64,000 nucleotides of DNA from a virus. Taxonomy: Duplodnaviria; Caudoviricetes. Location: the IMG/VR virus record IMGVR_UViG_3300019371_000256, positions 8,224 to 72,223 of that record, one strand, 5' to 3'. This document shows, piece by piece, positions 38,926 through 47,621 of the stretch. The notes under the pieces were generated by a model. It had not been told where the DNA came from. It ran no database searches and worked only from the letters and a program-made list of their open reading frames with translations. Position numbers and translations under genes: made by a program. Each line of letters opens with the position of its first letter. Within the stretch, counting starts at the first letter, position 1.

Positions 38926-39663
38926 ATGGAAAAAGTTAAAATAGGAGATAAGGAACTATTCTATGATATCCAAGAGATTCTTCCCATTAATACACATGTT
39001 TTGCGTATCGTTTTTGCTAACTCACTGCCTGCAAGTTACGGAGACATTACTACGTATACAGCTGGGGGAATTGAAGGAGTTACGCTTACTGGTTACGATA
39101 CAGTTTATCGTGATGAGGGCAAGACAGTTTATTTAAGCAATGATAAAAGTGTTTATATACCAGTGGAAACCTCTACCGGGCCTATGGATCCACCGGAACC
39201 ACATTCCCCCACTATGAAGGAACTAAAGGCATCAAAGCTTAGGGAAATATCGGCCGCCTGTGAAAAGTCAATCTATGCAGGAGTAGATGTTAATTTAGCT
39301 GATGGAGTAATAGAACATTTTTCCCTTACTGAACACGATCAGCTCAATTTGTTCGGAAAACAAATCCAGGTGTCAGCAGGTGTAGAGAAAATAGAATACC
39401 ATTCAGATGGTATGCCATGCCGATATTATAATGCTGCTGATATGCAGACTATAATTTCGGCAGCTATGTGGCATGTATCTTACCATACTACATATTGTAA
39501 TGCACTTAATATATGGATATCCGGGATTGAGCAAGCAGGGGATCTGGAAACTATTTCCTATGGGGTGGAAGTTCCCGAGGCTTACCAATCGGACGTACTT
39601 AAAGCATATTTTATACAGAAGGCTGCCATGACGGAAGGAGAAAGAGATGAAACAGCAAGCTAA
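38926..39663 (+). CDS. Tail-fibre-associated phage protein (DUF4376-like C-terminus)
   Basis: EHFSLTEHDQLN, YHSDG.PCRYY, SYHTTY.N. Confidence 0.7.
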   Translation: MEKVKIGDKELFYDIQEILPINTHVLRIVFANSLPASYGDITTYTAGGIEGVTLTGYDTVYRDEGKTVYLSNDKSVYIPVETSTGPMDPPEPHSPTMKELKASKLREISAACEKSIYAGVDVNLADGVIEHFSLTEHDQLNLFGKQIQVSAGVEKIEYHSDGMPCRYYNAADMQTIISAAMWHVSYHTTYCNALNIWISGIEQAGDLETISYGVEVPEAYQSDVLKAYFIQKAAMTEGERDETAS

Positions 39664-40063
39664 ATACATATTTTTATTAGTGTCCGGTGGATTTATGTAC
39701 AGCATTATAGAAATTTTATATCGGGGGTATACCCACTGGACCATGTTTATTTTGGGCGGTTTATGTTTTATATGTCTAGGGTTAATTAATGAGTTGATTC
39801 CTTGGAGTACGCCACTCTGGAAGCAGATGCTTATTGGTATGGCTATAATTACATGCTTGGAGTTTATAACTGGGTGTATAGTCAATATATGGCTTGGGTG
39901 GGGCATTTGGGATTACAGTAATTTGCCAGGTAATATATTTGGCCAGATTTGTCCTCAGTTCACTTTCTTATGGTTTTGGATAAGCGCTGCCGGGATAATA
40001 TTAGACGATTGGCTTAGATATTGGCTTTTTGAAGAAGAACGGCCACATTATAAATTAATATAG
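39647..40063 (+). CDS. Multi-pass membrane protein (putative ABC-permease-like family common in such prophages)
   Basis: IEILYRGYTHWTMF.LGG, LEFITG.IVN, WDYSNLPGN..GQIC. Confidence 0.75.
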   Translation: MKQQAKYIFLLVSGGFMYSIIEILYRGYTHWTMFILGGLCFICLGLINELIPWSTPLWKQMLIGMAIITCLEFITGCIVNIWLGWGIWDYSNLPGNIFGQICPQFTFLWFWISAAGIILDDWLRYWLFEEERPHYKLI

Positions 40064-40078
40064 GAGGATAAGGTTACG

Positions 40079-40384
40079 TTGACTTTTTGGGATTATGTAA
40101 AAGAGTCTTGGCCGGGATGGGTGTGTTCAGCAGCTGTCCCGGCCATCATTTATTTATATACACAGGTTATGGCCAGCCGTAATGGCGTAAGAGCCCTTTT
40201 GAGAGCAGAAATAATAAGAGTGTATAACAAGTATCATGATGATTTAAAGTATTGTCCAATTTATGTTAAACAATCCATGGAGGATATTTATAAACAGTAT
40301 CATGCTCTGAAAGGTAATGGAGTTGGTACAAAGCTTTATGAAGAAATTATGGAATTACCAACAGAAAAAGAGGAGGAAAATTAA
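40079..40384 (+). CDS. Holin-associated / hemolysin-like small membrane protein
   Basis: One N-terminal TM; ALLRAEI, YHALKGNG.GT. Confidence 0.65.
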   Translation: MTFWDYVKESWPGWVCSAAVPAIIYLYTQVMASRNGVRALLRAEIIRVYNKYHDDLKYCPIYVKQSMEDIYKQYHALKGNGVGTKLYEEIMELPTEKEEEN

Positions 40385-40588
40385 ATGAACAATGAAAAGA
40401 TTTTAAAGTGGGTAAGAGCTGCAGGGGTAAGAGCAGTTAAGACAATGGCGCAGACGGCCATTGCAACCATTGGGACTACAGCGGTAATGTCTGGGGTAGA
40501 TTGGATTATGGTAGGATCAGCAACGGCACTGGCCGGGATTCTTTCTATACTTACATCGGTGGCTGGGCTACCGGAATTAAAAGATTAA
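40385..40588 (+). CDS. Holin (r1t-like)
   Basis: AAGVRAVKTMAQTA; SILTSVAGLPE. Confidence 0.9.
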   Translation: MNNEKILKWVRAAGVRAVKTMAQTAIATIGTTAVMSGVDWIMVGSATALAGILSILTSVAGLPELKD

Positions 40589-40590
40589 TT

Positions 40591-40609
40591 TGTTGCGACC
40601 GTCGCAACA
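40591..40609. repeat. Palindrome TGTTGCGACCGTCGCAACA (copy 2)
   Basis: Perfect 9-bp arms around one base; related to 17130-17146. Confidence 0.85.
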
Positions 40610-40663
40610 CTATGGACCTGGGACATCCTGGGTCCTTTTTCTATTGAAAGGAAGGGGAATATC

Positions 40664-41536
40664 ATGATTAGTAATTGTGGACATGACGAAAATGGAAAAT
40701 ACACAGGTGGTAAAGCCGGGGATCAGACTGGTGGAGAGTACGCAGTAATTAATTGGTATAACCGTCCATGGGCCTGTGTGTTAAGGTATCCAGATATTAA
40801 TGTAGGGTTAAAGATTGCGGAGATTTCTAAAGCTGCAGCAATTAATAATAACGTGGGTTATGATCAGGGACAGAGACTTACATATTACAACTGCTTACGA
40901 GCTGTAAATTGGGATCCTGCTAAGATCATAACTCCATGTGAGGGTGACTGTAGTGCAACAACGGCAGCAAATGTGATTGCCGCCGGAAATCTATTAGGTT
41001 TTAGTAAGTTAAAATCTATCAATCCATCAAACACTACATCGACATTGCGTAAGGCTCTTGTTGCAGTAGGATTTGAACTTTTGACAGACAGCAAGTACCT
41101 TACAGGTGATAACTATTTGCTTCCGGGAGATATTCCACTATATGATGGACATCACGTAGCAGTTAACCTTGATTATGGATCAGAAGTTAAGCCAGCAGAA
41201 GAGAAGAAATCCGGCTGGATAAAAATAACAGATGGATGGATGTATTATAATGGTGATACCGATTTGCCGGTTCGTAATGATTGGGTAGAGGATCAGAGCA
41301 AGTGGTACTGGTTTAACGCGGCCGGGATCATGGTCACGAATACCTGGTATCAGTATAATGCTGCATGGTATTATTTAGGACCGGATGGGGCTATGTGCCA
41401 GTCACAGCTTGTGGAGAATTCCGGGAAGATTTATGCAGTGGACACAGATGGAAAAATGGTTACAGGTGAAATTTTGTTATCTACTTTGAGCGACGGGACG
41501 CTGCAGTACAAAGGTTTAATAGGAGACGGCAAGTAA
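40664..41536 (+). CDS. Endolysin (NlpC/P60-CHAP-like catalytic domain plus cell-wall-binding repeats)
   Basis: GDCS Cys and GHHVA His; WYWFNAAGIM and WYYLGPDGAM repeats. Confidence 0.85.
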   Translation: MISNCGHDENGKYTGGKAGDQTGGEYAVINWYNRPWACVLRYPDINVGLKIAEISKAAAINNNVGYDQGQRLTYYNCLRAVNWDPAKIITPCEGDCSATTAANVIAAGNLLGFSKLKSINPSNTTSTLRKALVAVGFELLTDSKYLTGDNYLLPGDIPLYDGHHVAVNLDYGSEVKPAEEKKSGWIKITDGWMYYNGDTDLPVRNDWVEDQSKWYWFNAAGIMVTNTWYQYNAAWYYLGPDGAMCQSQLVENSGKIYAVDTDGKMVTGEILLSTLSDGTLQYKGLIGDGK

Positions 41537-41730
41537 TATTACTTTGAACCCAGAACCGGTCATTAACTGTAATGCGCTATGTATGTTTCAAATCATGATG
41601 GGGTGCAGTATATAGGTACATTTTAATTAATGTTGGCGGGCTCTTGTCCTGAGTCCGCCATTAAAAGTACTTTTCAATTTTAGGGTCGTATGGTATTATA
41701 GTTAAGTAGAGTGGCAGAAAGAGAGGCCAC

Positions 41731-41916
41731 ATGAGTAGTAATAATAACTGTCTGAAAGCAATCAATTTAATTCATTTCGATGGCAAATCAATTAGTCTAA
41801 ATAATGTATGTATGTCTCATACAATTTTTCAAGAAAACCAAGTTTTACAAGCAGCAATCTACGGTGATATGATAGTTATAACTTCAGCAATGGAAGAAGA
41901 AAAAGAAAGTAATTAA
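41731..41916 (+). CDS. Small hypothetical accessory protein
   Basis: GAGAGG RBS and an upstream TGGTATTAT -10-like box. Confidence 0.5.
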   Translation: MSSNNNCLKAINLIHFDGKSISLNNVCMSHTIFQENQVLQAAIYGDMIVITSAMEEEKESN

Positions 41917-42040
41917 TTTGTATTATAGCCACTCTACTTAAATTTTACTTTAATATACAAAATTGATTTTTTAAAGTAATAAGATTATAATAAAAAAACG
42001 ATTTTAAACTGAATATCAATTATATAATAATCAAATTTAT

Positions 42041-42730
42041 TTGGAGGAAGTTTATATGGATAAAGAGTTAATTAATACCGAGAATATTGATGAAATATCA
42101 ATAAAAAGAATAATTGATGGTTTAACAGGTTTTATATCTGGAAGTAAGGCAGACTATGCACACTCAGCAAATAGATTATTGAAAAGCCTATTTGCTCATG
42201 ATTTTTTATTTCAGTTACAAAAAGAATGGGATAAATATGTCGATAGAGGTAATATTGACTTAGATTATAAAAAATCAAAGCCATTCTTAAATAGTTTATC
42301 TGAATTAATGGACTATCTTGATACGGATTTACCAAATGATGAGATAGCTCTAACTTTAAAAAAGTTATTCTTTATACCAGCTTTTAAAGACTATTACAAA
42401 GAAGACAAGCTTTTAGCAATTGAATATATGAAAATAATAAGAAAGTTAACGCCAGGTGAAATGGTGGTTTTGTTTACAGCATATAATAATGTTGGAATAA
42501 GTACAGACAGTGCTTCAAAATGGTTGGAAATAATTGCAGAGAAATCCACTCTGAAATATACAGAACTAGTAGAGCTGCATGAAAAGAAATTAATTGATTT
42601 AAATCTGATTACAAAACGTAAATATGAGGATAATAGTGGATTATGGGTTGGAAAATATTCTCGCTTAACAAGTTTGGGGTATAACTTATGTCATTTCATA
42701 AAATTGTATGATGAATTTAATGAGAGATAA
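42041..42730 (+). CDS. Low-GC accessory protein, possibly Abi-alpha/DUF4393-like (C-terminal wHTH)
   Basis: IIRKLTPGEMVVL and RLTSLGYNLC resemble that family; likely start is ATG 42056 after GGAGG. Confidence 0.45.
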   Translation: MEEVYMDKELINTENIDEISIKRIIDGLTGFISGSKADYAHSANRLLKSLFAHDFLFQLQKEWDKYVDRGNIDLDYKKSKPFLNSLSELMDYLDTDLPNDEIALTLKKLFFIPAFKDYYKEDKLLAIEYMKIIRKLTPGEMVVLFTAYNNVGISTDSASKWLEIIAEKSTLKYTELVELHEKKLIDLNLITKRKYEDNSGLWVGKYSRLTSLGYNLCHFIKLYDEFNER

Positions 42731-42813
42731 AAAATTGTATTGAATCCTTATACTAATAATGAAATACAACTTTATTTTTTGGTGGTATTTCATTATTAGT
42801 GTAAGGATTTATA

Positions 42814-43830
42814 TTACGGTACATATTTTCTATGGGCTTCCTGTACGGTGGCTTTGGCAATAGCTGCATAGCACTGCTTTGTTGTGTCCAGTTGGACGTG
42901 CCCTAATTTCTCGGCCACAAGTTCCAGAGGAGCCCCCTTATTAATCATATCTGTGCCAACGGTGCGTCGGAAAACATGAGGCGTTAATTTGACTGCAGCA
43001 AGATCATTGTCTCTATTCTTGATTCGTTTTAATATATTTCTTACTGTGCTACTACTTACACGGTTATGAGGTTTTTGATTTGTTACAAATAAAGCCTGGT
43101 TATTATCGGTACGGCTTTTAAGATACCGTTCTAAATGAACCTTTGCTTGGCCGTTAAAATACACCTCTCTTTCCTTACGTCCTTTTCCGTATACAATGGC
43201 TTTCATATCGGAAAAATCAACATCATTGATATTTAAGCGGCAAAGCTCAGATACCCGTATCCCAGAGGAATATAGTAAATCGCATAATGCTAATTCCATT
43301 TCATTTTTGCAGGCGCAGCGAACCTCTTCCCGCTGTTCAGCTTTAAGGGTCGGACCTATACGACGTTCTACTTTGGTTTCTTTTAGCTTTTTGGCTGGGT
43401 TATCAGGTAGCATATCCTCTTCATATAGCCAACCGAAGAAGCTCCTCATGCATATTAGCTTACTATTATATGTACGATCTTTCCATTTTCGAAAAAGTTT
43501 TCCGTATGCAAGATAACCTTTTAGATCTGAATATGATATTTCAATAATATTTTTATTTATATAATCAAGCATATTTTGAAGATTATTTTTATAATTTGCA
43601 ATACTGGCATCAGTGCATCCGTCAAGCTTCATTTGTATTAGATATTGTCTTAAATATTCTTCCGTACAATCAATTTTGGTAGATAAACCTGTTCTGGCCT
43701 CTTCTTTAATTAATTTATAATTTCCTAAATACATATATATGAGTAATTTTGTTTCGTGTATTTTTTCTGTTTTTATTATCCCTGCTATTTCAAACTGCAA
43801 TACTAAATCATTTATAACATTTTCTTCCAT
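42814..43830 (-). CDS. Tyrosine recombinase (XerD-like); candidate shufflon invertase
   Basis: LYSSGIRVSEL (R), VYGKGRKER (K), TPHVFRRT (HxxR), LGHVQLDTT..Y (H, Y); adjacent to sites C and D. Confidence 0.92.
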   Translation of the reverse strand: MEENVINDLVLQFEIAGIIKTEKIHETKLLIYMYLGNYKLIKEEARTGLSTKIDCTEEYLRQYLIQMKLDGCTDASIANYKNNLQNMLDYINKNIIEISYSDLKGYLAYGKLFRKWKDRTYNSKLICMRSFFGWLYEEDMLPDNPAKKLKETKVERRIGPTLKAEQREEVRCACKNEMELALCDLLYSSGIRVSELCRLNINDVDFSDMKAIVYGKGRKEREVYFNGQAKVHLERYLKSRTDNNQALFVTNQKPHNRVSSSTVRNILKRIKNRDNDLAAVKLTPHVFRRTVGTDMINKGAPLELVAEKLGHVQLDTTKQCYAAIAKATVQEAHRKYVP

Positions 43831-43855
43831 GGTGCACCCCTGTAAACTTATTACA

Positions 43856-43920
43856 GTTAGAATATAACCATTATCGTTATATTAGAGAAAAAGTTAGAAT
43901 ATAACACATTCCGTTATTCC
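43856..43920. promoter_or_regulatory. Two GTTAGAATATAAC-N7-GTTAT boxes upstream of the recombinase
   Basis: 13-bp direct repeat at 43856 and 43893, each forming an imperfect ATAAC-N7-GTTAT palindrome. Confidence 0.55.
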
Positions 43921-43933
43921 GGGATTTTGTTTT

Positions 43934-43946
43934 AAATAGTGATTTA
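43934..43946 (+). repeat. Shufflon crossover site C (AAATAGTGATTTA)
   Basis: 12/13 identical to A and B; in frame (N-S-D-L) with cassette 3. Confidence 0.85.
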
Positions 43947-44468
43947 ATGTATAAAGGTAATGCCAATGATTTAGATACGTTAATCAATGAAGAATACACT
44001 GATAAGGTTATAACAAACAGTTATAATTACTCCTCCACGGGAGTGCCAGAAAACTCAAGCGGATATGTTATTACATACTACAGGACACCTGCCAGCGTAT
44101 TACAAAATTTATATACTTTCACAGGGAACTGTTATACAAGGCGCAGAGACATTAATACAACACCTACATGGGTAAAACTCCCATCAAATGAAGATTTAGA
44201 AAACAAATTATCTACCAATGCTTTTTACATTACGAATATAAAGACTTTAGCTGATTTGTATTCCGCCTATGCCAGTGGTATCATATTTGTTTATAATAGT
44301 ACTGGAAATGTCCCAAGTTATGGTAGTGGAATTATATTACGATGTTCAAACTCTAACTTTAAACTCTTACTTGTAGATGATGATACTGATGCAATGTATC
44401 TATGGTCATTAACGGGTGCGGCTGGAACAGCTCTAATAATTAGTGCGAATAAAACCAAGGTTATTTAA
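43935..44468 (+). other. Silent tail-fibre cassette 3 (177 aa, two knob-like units)
   Basis: NSDLMYKGNANDLD...; no RBS before ATG 43947; NSYNYSSTGVP..YTRR...W pattern. Confidence 0.8.
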
Positions 44469-44475
44469 TGATCAT

Positions 44476-44790
44476 TTATGCTATCATCTTCCAGGCAAGC
44501 CAGCTTAGGTATCCATAAAAATGATTTCTGTAATATACATTGTTCCTTTTGATATCAAACAGTATTTGAACTCCGTGAAAACTTACTTTGGATAAAATAG
44601 GATAAGTGTTGAATGAAAATACGAATACCGCTTCTCCTCCTGTCGCTCCAGAAATGGAAGGACCATTGGTGATATCTAAAACATACGAAAAATAAAATCC
44701 GCTGGTTATAGCATTTAAATCTAAATTCTCAGTATAGGGTGGAGAAATCATTAATTTGGGAAGTAATGTTTGTGCACCTAAATCACTATT
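44476..44790 (-). other. Silent tail-fibre cassette 4 (104 aa)
   Basis: Open frame NSDLGAQTLLPK...DLNAITSGFY...NGP...VYYR...WLAWKMIA. Confidence 0.8.
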
Positions 44791-44791
44791 T
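44779..44791 (-). repeat. Shufflon crossover site D (AAATAGTGATTTA on the - strand)
   Basis: Identical to site C, inverted. Confidence 0.85.
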
Positions 44792-44899
44792 TATGGCATA
44801 ACAAAGATATTAAAAAAAGTTAAATAATCAATAATTGTTGTAAATTCCCTTATTTAAAATTATAATGTTGATATATTACTAATAAGGAGCAATTGTACA

Positions 44900-45844
44900 A
44901 TGAGTAATCTGTTTGTTTTTGGTAATGGTTTTGATTTGGCTCATGGTTTTGATACAAGCTATGATGATTTTAAAATATGGCTTAGTGAAAAATATGATGA
45001 ATCATCAGATTCGTATGAGTCGTTTCCTAAATACAACACTAATTATAAAAGGTTTGAATCATTTAGTTTTGAAAGCATGTCTTATTTTTTCTATAATCTT
45101 ATTTACAATGTAGTTGGTAGTGATTGGAGACAATTTGAAGCAGCATTGTCAAAACTTGATTGGGTTTCAATAATCGAAAATGAATGTTATGGCAGTAATT
45201 ATAAAGAACGAATGTTCCAAGCTGAGGATATAGCTGTACAAATAAGAGATTTTGCTCACGTTTTAAAAGATAGTCTATTTAAAAGTTGGGCTGAGGAAAT
45301 TGACATTTCACACCCTAAGTCAATTTCAGAAGAACTTATAGGATTGATTGATAATGAACATGATTATTTCTTGAATTTCAATTATACTGATACACTTGAA
45401 AAACACTATAATATCAATAATGTTTGCCATATACACGGACAATCTTCTAAACATGATAGTTTGATCGTGGGACATTCGGGAAAAGATAAAATAGAGTTTG
45501 ATAGCTATTTGACTATTACTTATTCTTACATTCGACAGATTTATGAAGATTATCGAAAAGATACTAAAAACATATATAAAAAGCACATGGATTTTTTTAA
45601 TAAATTATATAATAATAATATTACTAATATTTATATACACGGTTTTTCATTTTCAGATGTTGATATGTTTTACTTAAAAAAAATCGCACTAAAACTAGAT
45701 ACTTCTGTGGTACGTATTCATCTACATAGCTATTTAGAGGAGGACTTTGAAGGCTTCAAAAAGAAACTCATTAGATGTGGATTCCATAATATTAACATTA
45801 TACAGTTTAGATTATCTGATATCAATGATGTATGTGAGATATGA
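44900..45844 (+). CDS. abiH: AbiH-family abortive infection protein
   Basis: LFVFGNGFDLAHG..TSY..F, FLNFNYTDTLE, HIHG, IHGFSFSDVD. Confidence 0.85.
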   Translation: MSNLFVFGNGFDLAHGFDTSYDDFKIWLSEKYDESSDSYESFPKYNTNYKRFESFSFESMSYFFYNLIYNVVGSDWRQFEAALSKLDWVSIIENECYGSNYKERMFQAEDIAVQIRDFAHVLKDSLFKSWAEEIDISHPKSISEELIGLIDNEHDYFLNFNYTDTLEKHYNINNVCHIHGQSSKHDSLIVGHSGKDKIEFDSYLTITYSYIRQIYEDYRKDTKNIYKKHMDFFNKLYNNNITNIYIHGFSFSDVDMFYLKKIALKLDTSVVRIHLHSYLEEDFEGFKKKLIRCGFHNINIIQFRLSDINDVCEI

Positions 45845-46017
45845 AACTAGGAGGCGGAAAATTCTGTCTCCTTTTTAATAAAAAATTACTATTTATTTTG
45901 GCAGTCTTAATTTGATATAAGAATTACTTATTGCTATAACCTATTCCGTGATTATATAACATTTTACCATCGGTTTTATCAACTGATGGTAAAGTATAAC
46001 GGAAGGAGCAATTACAT

Positions 46018-46278
46018 ATGATAAAAATTTTACTCTCTTCAAGGCTAGGTGACCGAAAATGGACACAAGCAGATTTGGCGCGAAAAACAGGTATTCGGCC
46101 AACGACAATTTCGGAGCTGTACCATGAGATGGTAGAAAGAGTAAACTTAGAACATTTGGATCTGATTTGCGAAGCATTAGACTGCGATCTCAGCAACTTA
46201 ATTGTATATGAACCAAATAAAGAGCCAAAAATTGTACATACCATTAATGGGTCACCTAAGCCAAAGGACATAAAGTGA
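46018..46278 (+). CDS. XRE/Cro-C1 HTH transcriptional regulator
   Basis: WTQADLARKTGIRPTTISELY; LDLICEALDC. Confidence 0.9.
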   Translation: MIKILLSSRLGDRKWTQADLARKTGIRPTTISELYHEMVERVNLEHLDLICEALDCDLSNLIVYEPNKEPKIVHTINGSPKPKDIK

Positions 46279-46357
46279 TATGTCTCAAAAGGATGCGTTG
46301 TTTGATCAGCGCATCCTTTTTGTTGTATTACTTCCTTTTATATGATATATTAATAGC

Positions 46358-46561
46358 GGTGACACCCAAATGGCACCCATATGTTGAAAATGCTATTGAT
46401 ATTGTACGGAATGAGCGGTTAAATTGAACGTATTATAGCATATGTGTACGCTAACGATTACCGGTCAATATTGAGTTTGAATAAAAAATTTGAGCCCGCA
46501 AAGCCTTATAAAATAAGGATTTGTGGGCTCTCTTTATGTCGTTTGGTACTATTTTGGTATT
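46358..46561. other. Putative att junction: core ATTGAGTTTGAATAA (46470-46484) with arm-like repeats on both sides
   Basis: Core reads I-E-F-E-stop like the 3' end of guaA; GACACCCAAATGGCACCCAT on the left; hairpin 46492-46530 and TTTGGTACTATTTTGGTATT on the right. Confidence 0.55.
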
Positions 46562-46897
46562 ATGTAACACGTCATTGAACGAATAGTTAAATAACTTCTT
46601 TCAAATAACTATATGATTTACTTGAGAGAATTAAGTTATTTGTTTCTTTTATTTCATTTGCCATTTAATTAGATATTAGATGATGGTATTTCTATACTAT
46701 GTACAAGCATGTCTCTTATCTTTTTTAATTCAAGAAGCCTATTATACTCTTTTGGTGAAAAAATTTCTTTTAGGTTATTTGAAATAAAGAGTATTTTGGA
46801 TCTCGGGTTTTGAGAATATAGCCTCTTATCTGTAGAAGAAAAGGTGGAGCTCCTTGCAATAGCAGATTGTGCTGATTCCTCAGATATTATGTGACTA

Positions 46898-47134
46898 GTG
46901 AAACAGTATTTTCAGGAGATTGGTCATGATTACAGTATCAATGAAGTTATGGAGGAATCGGATGCGGTCTACGATGGATTCAGAGAAATTTGTATCGGAA
47001 AGAATGCTGAACGGATATGTAATAAGCTACAGAGAGAGGATCTATCATACAGGTATCTGACGGTGTCTGAGAAGTCTAGGTTACTTGAATTTAGGCTAGA
47101 TGATAATCCTTGTTACTTCATGCAGTTGTTTTGA
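46898..47134 (+). CDS. Hypothetical protein or gene fragment
   Basis: 78-aa GTG-start ORF without a clear RBS. Confidence 0.3.
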   Translation: MKQYFQEIGHDYSINEVMEESDAVYDGFREICIGKNAERICNKLQREDLSYRYLTVSEKSRLLEFRLDDNPCYFMQLF

Positions 47135-47383
47135 AGAAATTAGGTGTTGATATGGATTTTGATGAGCAATATGAGGATTATCAGAAGGTTTATGAAACAG
47201 GACTAGAATTGCAGAATAAAGATAGGGTGAAAGACAGGGAACGATAAGTTTACTTGTCTTTATAACTATTTCCTATTAAATCATATGTAAGAAGTCGAAA
47301 TTTGGTTGCTAATATGACAATTTAGCGATACTATATTTGTAGTTGTGTATAAACTGAAAGTTAAACAGTTCGGAGGAAAATGT

Positions 47384-47568
47384 ATGTCTGAAATTATTGA
47401 AAATGGTCGAGTTTAGAAGAAACAGCAGAGTATCTAGGCGTAACAAAAGATACCATAAGAAACTGGATTAAGAAGGCAGATATACCAGCACATAAAGTGG
47501 GTAGACTATGGAAGTTTAAGTTATCTGAAGTAGATGCCTGGGTAAAAAGTGGCAAGGGTGCGCTGTAA
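47384..47568 (+). pseudogene. Excisionase-type/MerR-like HTH protein with a frameshift
   Basis: GGAGG RBS, MSEIIE, then an A-run near 47400 one base short; the other frame gives KWSSLEETAEYLGVTKDTIRNWIKK...KFKLSEVDAWVKSG. Confidence 0.8.
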
Positions 47569-47621
47569 GACCGGATTTTAGGACAGGTAATAAGAGAAAA
47601 TTATGATGAGATTACTATATA

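Larger units (their letters stand above)
1..46484 (+). mobile_element. Prophage, right part (temperate myovirus-like, PBSX/skin-type morphogenesis genes); left end lies outside the window
   Basis: Contiguous + strand terS-terL-portal-head-sheath-tube-TMP-baseplate-fibre-holin-lysin order; ends at a putative att core near 46470-46484. Confidence 0.9.

Noticed and set aside
42814-43830. Recombinase as the prophage integrase
   Set aside because: It is about 2.6 kb from the putative att and embedded among fibre cassettes next to site C; invertase is the better fit, though an integrase role is not formally excluded
36800-44790. Diversity-generating retroelement as the source of fibre variation
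   Set aside because: No reverse transcriptase and no TR/VR near-duplicate; the cassettes are unrelated to each other and share only the 13-bp site
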